Shown: positions 46,931 through 60,380 of the stretch, piece by piece | Layout of the letters: the number at the start of each line of letters is the position of its first letter | Position numbering within the stretch: position 1 is the first letter of the stretch | Source: Rhynchobatus australiae | Taxonomy: Eukaryota | DNA length: 64,000 nucleotides | Direction: 5' to 3' | NCBI GenBank assembly: GCA_034780895.1 | Contig: JAUZTB010000063.1 | Coordinates: 31,225,224 to 31,289,223 of the forward strand | Made by a program: the position numbers and the translations under genes | The notes under the pieces: generated by a model | Databases searched by the model: none | What the model saw: only the letters and a program-made list of their open reading frames with translations | What the model was told of the DNA's origin: nothing

Positions 46931-47914
46931 AGGAAGGGGACAGAACAAGGTTTTAACCAGAGGTGCTACTTGATGAAATCCTTGACAGTCAGAAGATAAC
47001 AGGAATCTGCCATGGACAGTGATGAATAAAAGCTGACACAAGATGGAGGCTAGGCAGTTCTCCAGGAGTGACACCCATGAAATATAAAGCAACGTTGCAA
47101 ATACCTTGCAAAGCAGGTCAAATTGAGAGTTCTAACATCGCAAACTCCTCTGCAACATCAGGGCCAATATTCCACCTTCCCAATCATCCATGCTGCTCTG
47201 TCACTCTCTCTCACCCCAAACTCCAAGTCTACTCATCCTCTCCTCTAAAAGATCCAGTGAGGCTTTGATGTGGCTACAGTGTACATGTTGGAAGCAACTG
47301 TTGCGATGGAGATTGTGTCTGAGACAGAAATCAAAGTAATAACTGCACAGTCCCAAAGCAGAGTAGTTTGGACCACCACTACACCATCTTCAAATAAATT
47401 CCAATGGCCACTTCTTATTTCATAGATAACTTCATTTAGAAAATTATTCCCAACAGGAAGAGAGAAAATGAAGATGTGGCTAGCAAGCTCCTAAAAACTT
47501 TTTCATTTTTGATTGGGTTGATTATGACATTTCTAGTTAGAGCTCAATGGAACATTCAATATTAAGATATTAGAAGAATGATTTGAATGGTCCTTCCATG
47601 AGAGATGAAAGATTAAATATTACATTTAAGGATTTCAGTACAAAAAGTATTCACTACTTGCGGCAGAATAATCCAAACTGCAGTTTAATAGTTATTGCAA
47701 TTACTTATTGTTTTTTTCCAATATATAAAAGCTTTCTGAAAAAGGATTTAAAAGTCACTTGGGGAGGAAAAAAATCTCAATTTGTGCAGATGCACTTTGC
47801 CAATTCTCCCACAGTGGAACAGAGAAATGCGCCGGCTTCTCACTGTGCACAATATAACGTGTCAGCACTGAAAATGGTATTCAGTATAATACAAGGCCCA
47901 GAATGAAAAATCTA

Positions 47915-48065
47915 AAAATTATAGATGCTGGAAGTCTGAAATAAGCCAGAAAATGCTGAAAACACTTTGCAGGTCAGGCAGCATCTGTGGAAAGAAAAAC
48001 GAAGTTAACATTTCAGGTCTAAGACCATATGTTGGACCTAAAACATCAATGGTTTCTTTTTGCAG
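47915..48065. repeat. Short quasi-palindromic PLE-terminus-derived repeat
   Basis: agatgctggaagtctgaaataagccagaaaatgctg..ggtcaggcagcatctgtggaaag..gttaacatttcaggtc..gacctaaaacatcaat; a similar fragment lies at ~52840-52900. Confidence 0.6.
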
Positions 48066-48169
48066 AAATTCTCTTTGGTTCAGCTGCACCAGGTTAGAGA
48101 AGGTTTATTGCTTCATGGAGGCAACATAGAACCATGCCAAAGGCACACTGGAGAAACCCATTAATTTGT

Positions 48170-48689
48170 GATAAGCAAAAGGGGCTTGGGATTCCTGGTT
48201 CAGGATTTCCTTAATGTTAATTTGCAGGTTGATTCAGTAGTAAGGCAGGCAAATGTAATGTTAGCATTCATTTTGAGAGGAACAGAATACAAAAGCAAGG
48301 ATGTACTGCTGAGGCTTCCTAAAGCATTGGTCAGACTACATTTGGAATATTGTGTAATTTTGGGCCCTGTATCCAAGGAGAGGTGTGCTGGCCCTGGAGG
48401 AGGTTCACAATGATCCCAAGAAATGCAAGGTTTAAACATATGAGTGTTTGATGGCTCTGGGCCTGTACTCAATGGATGAAGGAGATCTCATTGAAATCTA
48501 CCAAATACTGAAAAGCCTGGATAGAGTGGATGCTTCCATCAGTAGGAGAGCCAGGATTTGAGGGAACAGCATCAGAATAAAAGGGACATCCATTTGAAAC
48601 CAAATTGAGGAGGAATTTCTTCAGCCAGAGGCTGGTGATTCTGTGGAATTCATTGCTACGGAGGGCAGTGAAGGTCAGGTCATTGGGTA
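48170..48689 (+). mobile_element. CR1 LINE 3' part running into an N gap
   Basis: QVDSVVRQANVMLAFILRGTEYKSKDVLLRLPKALVRLHLEYC; RRNFFSQRLVILWNSL. Confidence 0.9.
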
Positions 48690-50399
48690 NNNNNNNNNNN
48701 NNNNNNNNNNNNNNNNNNNNNNNNNNNNNNNNNNNNNNNNNNNNNNNNNNNNNNNNNNNNNNNNNNNNNNNNNNNNNNNNNNNNNNNNNNNNNNNNNNNN
48801 NNNNNNNNNNNNNNNNNNNNNNNNNNNNNNNNNNNNNNNNNNNNNNNNNNNNNNNNNNNNNNNNNNNNNNNNNNNNNNNNNNNNNNNNNNNNNNNNNNNN
48901 NNNNNNNNNNNNNNNNNNNNNNNNNNNNNNNNNNNNNNNNNNNNNNNNNNNNNNNNNNNNNNNNNNNNNNNNNNNNNNNNNNNNNNNNNNNNNNNNNNNN
49001 NNNNNNNNNNNNNNNNNNNNNNNNNNNNNNNNNNNNNNNNNNNNNNNNNNNNNNNNNNNNNNNNNNNNNNNNNNNNNNNNNNNNNNNNNNNNNNNNNNNN
49101 NNNNNNNNNNNNNNNNNNNNNNNNNNNNNNNNNNNNNNNNNNNNNNNNNNNNNNNNNNNNNNNNNNNNNNNNNNNNNNNNNNNNNNNNNNNNNNNNNNNN
49201 NNNNNNNNNNNNNNNNNNNNNNNNNNNNNNNNNNNNNNNNNNNNNNNNNNNNNNNNNNNNNNNNNNNNNNNNNNNNNNNNNNNNNNNNNNNNNNNNNNNN
49301 NNNNNNNNNNNNNNNNNNNNNNNNNNNNNNNNNNNNNNNNNNNNNNNNNNNNNNNNNNNNNNNNNNNNNNNNNNNTGAGGAAGTGGAGAAGAAAGAACAC
49401 AGTACATCATTGTACCAGACACTGCTAACAAGCAGCTCAGATGCTGGCAGTGGCTGGTCAGAAGATAATGCAGAAGAAATCCTCTTCAAATAAATTTAAG
49501 GAATTTCCTGAAGGGGCAGTCCCAAAAGAGAGGTTACAGTGTAGCCTTCCACTCAAGTGTGTTGTACAAAAGTTCAGTCTATGCTGGGGTCTGGCTCCCA
49601 GTCAGTGATACCCAGGGAAACACATGACCTTTTCCAATGCAAGAGCTGCCTGCACACATAGAAATAAAATAAATAGTGGCCTGTCAATTAGTCAAATTGA
49701 CACATAAATATCCAAGTTGCTTGTGAAATGTTAAAGTCAGTCAAAATGCCAAAGAATAAACAGTCATGCATTCAAGAACACTCAAAATAAAAACTAATTT
49801 AATAAAATCAGCTAAAGAACTTTCACCCAGCATCCGAGTTCTCTGAATACTTTAAATGTGCATGCCAACTTGGTGCCAGGTTAACCAAAATACTTCTGTG
49901 CTGAGCTCATGGAGTCCAAAAGGGCATCAAAACATTAGGTTTCCCCAATGCACAGGTTGGGAAATCCAACTCTTGGTAGCAGTTCCTCCAATGATGAAGT
50001 GCTTTAGCTTGCTTAGTGTACAAGGTCTACTGTAGTTAAAAGGGAATTGGGATTTTGCCACATTCCACTGGCAGCCAACTGGAGTATGTCATCATGATGT
50101 GTGTGATGAAACCATGGAGTGGGATGCTCATGACAATGTAAACAATTAATTTGTCTCTGGTTGCACATCAAGAGGATCACCCAACTCATGCCCTGTATGA
50201 CCTTCCTATACCGGGACATGCTAAGTCTATTTACTTTTTCCTTGGGCTTCTTTTTAAATTCTCCATTTATCATGGCTCTGCAGGATTGATTTCATGGTCC
50301 ACAAATGACTTGAACACTGAGGGTTTGAATTACTTGCAATTCTTGGTAGATTATGGCTTCTAAAAGGAGAGTCTATAGTGCCGTTCATCTAAATTTCTG

Positions 50400-51160
50400 A
50401 CATGGCAATTCAAGGAAAATCCTCGAGTTGCATGATCTAATTACAAGGCAGATATCCCTCAATATCCTTAGGAAAAAAATACCAGTCTCAACATAAATTT
50501 TTTGGTCGATCTACCACAATAGTTTTGTGCACCAAGTTCCAGATTTCCATGGTGTGAAGAACTGGTATTAACACCATTCCTAGATATCATGCCTTACTCT
50601 GAATTCCCACACTAGTGGAAATGCCTTTTCTCACCTTAAAAAAGCCTCAGTTACATCATCCCTTGAATTCTACAGTCAAAGGAATACAAGCTTTTAGGTT
50701 ATGCAGATGTTGCCTAACCCCAGTATTATGATGAATCAAGGAATATGGGGATAGTGCAGTTAACTGGCACTTGAGGCAAGTAGGATGACTTCAATTGCTG
50801 AGTCTATTAAGTCTATATGCAAGCCTCTTTACATCCTCCTCTATACTCTCAAACCACCCAGTATCATCAGTAAGCTTGGAAACATGACATTTGGTTTCCT
50901 TCAGCTAAATCACTGGCATAGATTGTAAATGGCTGGGGCCCAAGCAACCTTCCAGGAGTTGCAGCCAGCCTGCCAACTCGAGACAAATCAATTTATCCCT
51001 GCTCTTCACTTTGTTTCCAATAACTAACTTTCATTCTATGTCAGTACATTATCCCCAACTGTATGCCCTGACCTAGTTGACTAGCCCCTTGCAATGGGAC
51101 CTTTAAAGCTTTCCAAAGATCCAACTGCACCTTATCTACTGCTTCCCTTCATCTTTCTAT
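50400..51160 (-). mobile_element. Decayed CR1 fragments
   Basis: tatcatcagtaagcttggaaac (reverse complement FAD-like block), gattgtaaatggctggggccc, ttgcaatgggacctttaaagctttcc..gcaccttatctactgc. Confidence 0.55.
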
Positions 51161-53479
51161 TAGTCCATTAGACAGGTGATGTGCAGAATCAAACACAACA
51201 TTCTCGACATGGTCCAGCAAAAGCCTCATGCAGTTGTGGAAATCCTTCTTTCTGATGCAGTGCTGTTTGAGTTAAAGATCAAACTTTTGACTGGATTGAT
51301 GCAGAATACCCTAGCCACCTCTTGAGGAATTCAGCACAGGATCTTCCACTTTTCTGCTCCCAAAACCAGGATTCTCTTCATNNNNNNNNNNNNNNNNNNN
51401 NNNNNNNNNNNNNNNNNNNNNNNNNNNNNNNNNNNNNNNNNNNNNNNNNNNNNNNNNNNNNNNNNNNNNNNNNNNNNNNNNNNNNNNNNNNNNNNNNNNN
51501 NNNNNNNNNNNNNNNNNNNNNNNNNNNNNTACGTATGTGAATGAACTATCAAATTCCACAGTGATAATTATGAGTCAACTTAATTTACACAATATAATAC
51601 TAGCATGACAGCGATTGATTCACTTAACACCTCATTTATATGGTTGGCCGAACTATCAGCTTCATTAGAGATCTGTAGAGGTTGGCCACAATACCCATCT
51701 GTTTCATATGGAAGGCCATTTACAATTCATTAATGGTGTGTACAAATACATGTAGATGACTGCAACTATTACTATGCGAATGGCAACATGCAACACCTTC
51801 TTGGTATATTTGTGCTGGCAATGACTTAACCAGCTGTCCTTAGACTATTCACGTATGCTTTATTCATTAAAATGCTGACATTTCACAGTGGATTTGTTAT
51901 AATGGATCATACCTCTTAAATACATGGCATATAGAATAAAATTCAAAAATCACAAAAATACTTGAATTTCTTTCTTGAATGCAATTTGAAGGCCACATTA
52001 CAACACATTAACAATTTTAAGCTCTATAAATTTAAGCATTATATTGCCAGATGAATTAGTAGCATTCAGTACTCCATATAGTGTAAATCAAAAATGTTAC
52101 CCGTATATTCACATTCACCACAGATTACAGGAAACAGATGTAGCATGTTTTCATTCTGATTTATTGATATCTTTGTAGACCTTTGAACTTAACAATGCTT
52201 AATTTTCAATTATAGTTGTGTGCACTAATAATTACATCCTTGCCCATCTGTGGTCTCTGTTTGAGACAAAACAGCTGGGATATCACATCTATATTAAATT
52301 TAATGACATGCTGCAGGGTCAGAAAATGTAACTCAACCTATGGACTCCTTGCTGTGCTCTTTATGCAACCTGCTTTTTCCATTTTCCTCTGGCTGTTGGA
52401 TTCTGTTCCAATTAGCAAAGATTTCCTACTTCCAGATCAGATCAGCCTCACCCCAATCTGTCAGGTCCACCATCAGACAGGGCCACAGCTATTCATGTGC
52501 TATCTGAACCTCAAATGTTCTCGATTCTTTTTGCTGCTGCTTCTTAACATCTCATACTAAATGTCACTTCAGTCACCTTGTCATCTCATTTTCCAAGCTG
52601 AACACTTTACAAGTTATTTATTCTTTGTTTGTGTGTGCTCATTCTTCCTTCCCNNNNNNNNNNNNNNNNNNNNNNNNNNNNNNNNNNNNNNNNNNNNNNN
52701 NNNNNNNNNNNNNNNNNNNNNNNNNNNNNNNNNNNNNNNNNNNNNNNNNNNNNTCCTGTTTTGTTTTGTCAAATACTGTTTATCTGCAATTTTTTCACCA
52801 GAATAAAATGTTACCCGATTCAATTTGCTGTGGACATTGAAATAAGTACTGCATACACTCAGCAGGTCAGGCAGCATATGGACAATGACCCGAAAGTTAA
52901 CTCAGTCTCTCAATGACACTGCATCAAAAATTTGAATGCTGTTTTGGTCCTAACTTTAACCATTTGGAGAGTCTGGTCAGCTGCAGGTTTTGCTCTCAGG
53001 CACCAATTAGTAGTAACTTTAACTGAGCATTAGATCTGGACATTATATGCTTATTCCACAGGTGGTAAAGAATGTGCATAGTGACACAATGCAATGATTT
53101 AGGATGATTAAGAGAAGGTACCCAGGTCCCTGGACATGGTACAGGAGTTCCACAGACTCCAGGAGGCATATTCAGAACTTGCAGCATTGGGGCAGGAAGT
53201 AGTGCTGTAAAGAGACTACCTTGCCCTCTTGTCCCTTTCAGTAGCTGTTGTTTTTGTCCCAGACCTTCATCCTTTCCAAGGGTCTTCAGCAAGATAATTG
53301 CAATCAAGCATTCTTTCTACCAGTAACTCACAATAAGCTGAGTAACAGTGTGTTTCCAGGATGCACATTGAGTGTGCTGAAGTCCTGAAGTGTACCAAGG
53401 AACCTCATGTTTCAAAAGCCACTTCAAACAGCCACAAAGTAAATGTGAGCAGTAATGACTCCCTATCGCTTGGTTGCTG

Positions 53480-54300
53480 CTAGAAGAGGAAGGTCATGTG
53501 TTATGCATCAAATTGCCACGTAGCCTTATTAATAAGCTTCAGCAAGCAAGACAAATGGCAATCCCTTTCATGACCCTCATTTACAGCAGCAAAACAATTC
53601 AGTGTTCCTGATCCACATCATCTCCACTCTGCAACCAGTCACATGAACTTCAGTCATCCAGCTGCAGTACAAGACAACCCTTGAATATGCACTTGTTCTA
53701 AGGTGCATATTCAAGTTTAAATTTATCTGTAACTTGTTCACAGAAGCTTACAAGAGAATGGCCCTGACATTTAACATGTACAGAACAACCTGCCATTGTC
53801 GAACATCACCCCTTCCACCAATAAGGATTCAGAATTACAACCCTGGAAAAGATTCCATACTTTAGGAGCCAATTCCCAATTAAGGCAAACTTTGATGATG
53901 AAACTCACCATTGTTTTCTGTGCACCAGCATGGCCTTTGGCCACGAGGTAAAGACTGAAGACCAAGATCCAAAACCCAGCACAAAATTCATTGTCTACTT
54001 GGCATCAATACCCTGCTCATGGTCTATTGGGGAACAACATACAGCTTCCTAAAATATTGGATACAGCAAGAACTGGAGTATCAACTGTATTGTCTCCAAA
54101 TAAGTTAACTGGCAGGACAAGCAAGTCAATGAGAGCACCTTCCTCTCCCAGATGATCATGCCTTGCATTATTGCCTGTCCTTTGGACCAGTAATCAGTGG
54201 CACATTCAACCACAAAACAGCAACTGTATTTCAAGCTCCATGAAAGCAACAGATTACAGGTGACCCCAGCATTGTGGCCATTCAGGTAATGAAAATTTGA
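53480..54300 (+). mobile_element. RTE-clade LINE RT remnant
   Basis: TSVIQLQY, IKANFDDETHHCFLCTSMAFG, SIPCSWSIG; colinear with 25250-26350. Confidence 0.65.
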
Positions 54301-56199
54301 CACTACAGAAATCACTACCTAAAATTGAGATATAGAATAAAATTCACTCTTACAGAAGCAAATAATCTTCAATTTTGCTGAAGAATAGTCAAATATGTTT
54401 GACATATTTGACTATTGTCTGATGGATTGTTAGGAAGTTGTTGGCAAAGCTCTGCCTTGGGTCGTGATTTACGTGATCCACTCTGGTTTACATTTCCATA
54501 GACACATGCAGTGATGAATATGATGCAATAGTGCTGGAGATGATATTGAGATTTTGGTCTGGATTATGAGAAGTATTGGATAGAATGTTTTCTTTTGAAA
54601 TGAAATGCAGTCATCTGAACCAAGTACTGATTCCTTACTCAAGTTTCAACATATGAACTATGATATAATCGCACAATCAACTTGCCTTTGATTTCTTTTC
54701 TATGCTAAAGTGCAGAGGCAACTTAACCAAGAGAAGTTTTTTTTAAAAAATGGTCACAAGTATGTTTTCCAAGTGCTTGGTGCATTCTAGAATATGTAGG
54801 TTGATCGTGACATTCTATGGGACAATCAGAATCCTGTTTTACCTCTGGCAGGATAGTAATGGAAACTGAATTACATAAAGAGTTGATTTCTGGCAATATA
54901 TTGTAAACATATGGCCTATGGTATCTCTGTAGAACATATATTTTCATTGGGAAACTAATACAGATGTGGTATATACTGGGTGTAGTTGTTTAGACTTCAC
55001 AATCATTAGAAACTAAATGCATTTCACCTCCAGTATTCCATTATTTCAGTAACAGTATTTTCTGATCAGTGACCTATTCCTTAACAGGCCTGCCTGTAAT
55101 ACATCAGAAGTGCATTTGCAAACTGCTGTAAAATGTTATTCTACAACAAAATTGTTCTGCAGTCTTGACTAGAAGCAATTAGTTAATTTTTTTTAAATTG
55201 ACCCTTTGTGGGCAATTGCCATTGTGTGATATTACATGCTTTTATTTGAAGTAGCTGTTTTGGTTCAAATCAGACAAATTATTTCCTCAGATAAATTTAA
55301 GAAATCCACATGCAACATAGTAATAGATAAATGAACTATACATTCTTGGCAGATCGGAAAGTGAAGTTCTCTTTCCATTTTGGTTAAATTAAGTCATTGG
55401 GGAACTTCAGTAGAGTGGAACTGACAAAAATCAGTGCCAAAAATATACTTGCATTGTGAAACTGCTGCATATTACAGAATTAATTNNNNNNNNNNNNNNN
55501 NNNNNNNNNNNNNNNNNNNNNNNNNNNNNNNNNNNNNNNNNNNNNNNNNNNNNNNNNNNNNNNNNNNNNNNNNNNNNNNNNNNNNNNNNNNNNNNNNNNN
55601 NNNNNNNNNNNNNNNNNNNNNNNNNNNNNNNNNNNNNNNNNNNNNNNNNNNNNNNNNNNNNNNNNNNNNNNNNNNNNNNNNNNNNNNNNNNNNNNNNNNN
55701 NNNNNNNNNNNNNNNNNNNNNNNNNNNNNNNNNNNNNNNNNNNNNNNNNNNNNNNNNNNNNNNNNNNNNNNNNNNNNNNNNNNNNNNNNNNNNNNNNNNN
55801 NNNNNNNNNNNNNNNNNNNNNNNNNNNNNNNNNNNNNNNNNNNNNNNNNNNNNNNNNNNNNNNNNNNNNNNNNNNNNNNNNNNNNNNNNNNNNNNNNNNN
55901 NNNNNNNNNNNNNNNNNNNNNNNNNNNNNNNNNNNNNNNNNNNNNNNNNNNNNNNNNNNNNTCAACTCCAAGCCCATTCAGCAAACAAGTGTCCAACTAA
56001 TGGAAACAGAAACAAGTTCTCTGAATTTAGTGATTTTCATTTGAAATCTTAAGTGTCTATACTTGTACCAGTTTACACATTCATGCTACCAATCTTTTCT
56101 CCTTGCCCTCTTTCCTAATAGACTTATATATTCATTTCTTTCAAAAAACTTGTTTCATCTAACTGGTCCTTCCACCACTGGTATCACTGTTTTTGGGGG

Positions 56200-56760
56200 T
56201 CTCCAAATGCTCTGTTGATGATTAAGTGAGATCAAGGAGGAGTTGCTTCCATTCCATTTCTGCAAGTTCAGTGGCAACCCAAGAACCCCATCTGGAAACT
56301 GCAGACTCTGCTACAGGTCAGGTGGGTGAGGTTTGATGAGACTGGTTGGGACATTATGCTTTTTACTGCTTGCACTTGATCTCAACATTCTTCCATGGTA
56401 GACACTCAAGGTGCTGTTTTTCTTGATGATTCTCCACAGCCCAGGGATTCCCATGAGTTGGTGAGCATGTTAAGTATTTCCTTGAGGAGGTTTAATGAAT
56501 GTCATTGAAGCTGTTTCTGTTCTCATGGATATGTCTTGCTGTGAAGCAGCTTGGGGCAGTATGATGGCTTCAAAAGGCCGATATCAGGCATGCAGACATT
56601 CCCCAACCACTGGAACTAGTTGAACCTGATTAGAAACTTGATATTGGAGGTGCCGGTCTTCAATAAAACCACATCTGTGAACACCTGATGTCATCCTCAC
56701 CCACAAGTTTCCAGCAGCTGTCATCTCATTGTACTGCCTGTTTCATGTCCTTGTGATGGG
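56200..56760 (-). mobile_element. RTE-clade LINE 3' remnant
   Basis: Minus strand LKTGTSNIKFLIRFN*FQWLG and VCMPD (cf. LRWLGHVxRMPD); 3' end ggaagcaactcctccttgatc. Confidence 0.55.
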
Positions 56761-56989
56761 TTTCATCTTCTGCCAGGATTTGCCCATGGATACATCCAGA
56801 ATGGGCTTATTCCTGACATCTCCACTTCACTGCTGAGTTCTTTACTGAATTCAGAGGCAACATGAATGTCCACAGATTTCTCAACTCTCAAACATTCACT
56901 CACTGAATCCACACCAGGTTAACTTAGTGGAAGTATAACTGGCCCATGGAAGCAAACAGAAGAATGGTAAATAAAACATACAAAAAAAA

Positions 56990-57400
56990 ACCCAGAAAAT
57001 ATTGGAACACTCAACAGATTAGTCAGCACCTGTGAGGGGGAAAAAAGAAACAGTTAATGTTTCAGGTTGAAGACCCTTCATCAAACAGAGAACACCCTTG
57101 AAACATTTCCTTTGTCCTCCTGGTAATCTTCAGCTGTGACATAGGTCAATAGACTGAGCAACAAGCCTTCACCTCTTCTCGGCTGGCATTGCCTTCATTT
57201 GTCTCATTTCGTCTCCACCCTATCACAGACTTTACCTTTGTTCTCTTATCTTGATCCTTGGCAAATTAAAGTGTTTCCTTCCTAACAACTCACTGCCCAA
57301 ATAAAACATTACCAACCCAAAACTAACTCCACAGATGTCAAGTACATCCATCATTTGTTTTTAATTAATTTCAGAAATCCAGCATTTTTTTTGCTTTGAG
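56990..57400. mobile_element. PLE-derived element with inverted termini
   Basis: Left end cagaaaatattggaacactcaacag..cagttaatgtttcaggttgaagacccttcatca; right end ctccacagatg..tttcagaaatccagcat. Confidence 0.6.
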
Positions 57401-57834
57401 TACAGTGTTCATTTCAGAAGTCTGTTATCATGCACAAGAACAATGTGACCATCCCTTCAGAAATGAACAAATGTAATTAGGCCGGTGGGGATGTTGGTCT
57501 GGGAGACGATGCTACTGTTTGCTTATTCTACCATGGTTCTGGAAAATTTTTCTAGGATAGAGTTTTGAGGTGCTTGCTCTAGGTAGTCCATGTCTCAGAA
57601 GGGTACAGAGAAATGGAGATCACCGGTCCCTACTAGGTGACAAATGTTGTTCCAGGCTTGATCAGAGTTTGTTGTGGGCCTTTACTGTAATGGGTTGGTA
57701 TGGGAACTTTATTTTGCAGATGTTTAGTGCAAGGCTCATTCTTTCATTAGCATCACTGAGTCAATAACTTGGAATTTACTTGCATATGAATATTTTCAAA
57801 AGGTGTTTTTCTATATATATTGAGCTCAATGAAC

Positions 57835-59620
57835 AAAAATAGAAAACAAGGATAAATAGCCGCCTTCTGCTCCTCAGGCATGCTCTACCATTCAATCATG
57901 ATATCCACTTCAGTACCTTGTGGTTGGCTTCTCATATTCCTTGATCCCTTAGATATTAAAAACAGCCATCTTTCTCTTGATATTTAGTGACTTGGCCTCC
58001 ACTGCCTTCTGTATTAACGCATTCCACAAGTTCACCATTCTCCAGTGAATGGATATCTCTCGATCTCAGTTCTAAATGGCACACTGAATATCCCCAGGCT
58101 CTCCCTGTATCTACCTGTTGGAATTTTATAGGTTTCTACAAGATCACCTCATTTTCCTAAACTCCAGTGGATAGGGACCTGACCAACCCAATTTCTCCTC
58201 ATAGGCTTGTTTTGCTGGATTAGGAATTACTCCAGTAAATCTTTGTTGCACATCCTTCATGGTAAGAACATTGTTCCTTACACAATGAGACCAAAACTGC
58301 ACACACTCAAGATGGGAATTACTCCAAGGCCCCGTACAGCTGGGGCAAGACATCCTTGCTCCTGTACCCAAATCCTTGTTCAAAGAGAGCCAACAGTTTG
58401 CCTCCCAGTTTGTTGCATCTGAATACTTGCTTTCAGTGATTGGTGTGCATGAACAGGTTTTGTTTTCCATTTTGCCTTTTCCCAATGTATTGCTATTCAG
58501 ATAATCATGTCCATTTGCAAAACTAGTGGATAATCTCACATTCAATGTTAAACTACATTTACCACAAACTTGCCCACTCACTCAACTTGTCCAAATCACA
58601 AGAGAGCCTCTTTGTATCCTCCTCACAGGTCACATTTCTACTGTCTTCCCCCTCCCAGCTTTGTGTTCTCTGGATAGAGAGACATTACATTTAATTCCCT
58701 CATCCAAGCATTGATCCCTGTGGCACCCTACTAGTCATTACCTGNNNNNNNNNNNNNNNNNNNNNNNNNNNNNNNNNNNNNNNNNNNNNNNNNNNNNNNN
58801 NNNNNNNNNNNNNNNNNNNNNNNNNNNNNNNNNNNNNNNNNNNNCTAGCCTTTACCCCACTATTGATATTAGGTTTATTGGTCTGTAATAGCCCACATTT
58901 TTCTCTTTTTAAATATAGTATGGATACGTTTGCCACCATATGATTGGCAGGACCTGGTTCAGAGTCTAAAGAACTGTAGACAAATGACCACTGATCCATC
59001 TATTTCCAGGACCACTTCCTTCTTTGGTACTCTGGGATGTAGATCAGATCCTGGGGATTTGTCAGACTTCAGCCCCATTAAATTTTCCTTGCATTATTTC
59101 TTCACCAGAGGTAAGGAAGGCTGTGTTCTCCTTCCTGAAGTCAGAACTTGTTTAACTGTTTTGCTTTTTTTTAAAAAAAAAGCATCAACTCCAATTTCAC
59201 CCATGTAATTTTGGGGATTGTACACATCTTCACTAGCTTTCTCTTCACATTTATAAAAGCATTTACAGTCAGTTGTAATGTCCCTTGCCAGCTTACACTT
59301 CCATTGCATCTACCCCTTAATATTTTGGAATCCTTTGTCAAATTCTAATCTATCCCCAATCCTCCAGCCTGCTGCTATCTCTGCAATTTTACACACCTTG
59401 GATCTAATATTATCCCAAATTTCCTTAAAAGCATGGTTGAGCCCTTTCTCAAAATATTTTTGGGCCAGACAATAAATGATTAGTGCAATTCATACAGATC
59501 TTATTATTCATTGCCCATTTACAGTCAATCCATTTAGTAATGTTCTCCAAGCTACCAATTTAGTGTCTCATTCCTTCAGTTTCAGATTCCTAGTTTCTGA
59601 TTATTCTACTTCACTATCTT
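57835..59620 (-). mobile_element. Decayed CR1 LINE (RT through 3' end)
   Basis: ORFs (-): WKCKLARDITTDCKCFYK, VTSRVPQGS-like MTSRVPQGSMLG, HLECVQFWSHCVRNNVLTMKDVQQRFTGVIP; 3' tail near 57840. Confidence 0.8.
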
Positions 59621-59759
59621 CATAAAGATATGTTTTGGTCACTTCATCTTTAATGTTCACAAGATTAGACTGACTATTCTGGAGTAGAGGTTATATAGTC
59701 TTCCATTCATTCTGTAGATTGCAATCAAACTTCTCAGTGGAGTGGAGCTAAAGTACAAT

Positions 59760-60380
59760 ACTGTGGAGGATTAAGACAAGGGTTCAAATCATGACACAAC
59801 CTTGCTTGATCCCTACTTGCCATGTTATTGGGTCTATGATAAACCAGTTGTTTAGGATCACTGCTTGCAAGTCTTCAGGTAATTCCATGAAATGGAGATG
59901 AATTTCTGAGAACAGGAAAATTAGAGAAGAATCCAAGAGAGTCAACTAGAGTCAAACACAAGGTGAAAAAGGCCAAGTGAACGCAACTCCCTACATTTAT
60001 CTTGCAGATGACAGAAGATTATGTCCCTTGTACATTTTGATGGATGGAATCCACACTGTAGCAAATGAAGCAGTATTTTGACTACTGGAAGATGGTCAGG
60101 AGGACTTTTGCAATAACATTCCTTGCAGCATAAAAAGATCAGATTTCTTGATGATCGTCCACATCATGGCATTTCCAAAGACAGCTAGTACATGGGAGAC
60201 AAGGCTGCAAAGGAGTGTCTGAATGTTAAAACTTTGGAGAGGAATTTCCATAGCAATACAGTCTACCCCAGAGGCAAGTTTCATCTAAGGGTGATAAAAT
60301 GGTTATTCAACTTTTTGTACATCTGATATGCAGACAGACTGGATCAGATAGCATCTGTAGGTTGCAGCTATGGACAGAGA
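59760..60380 (+). mobile_element. Possible very old RTE-like remnant
   Basis: ttaagacaagggt (RQG block), atcttgcagatgac (ADD block), late ggttgcagctatggacaga; weak. Confidence 0.35.
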
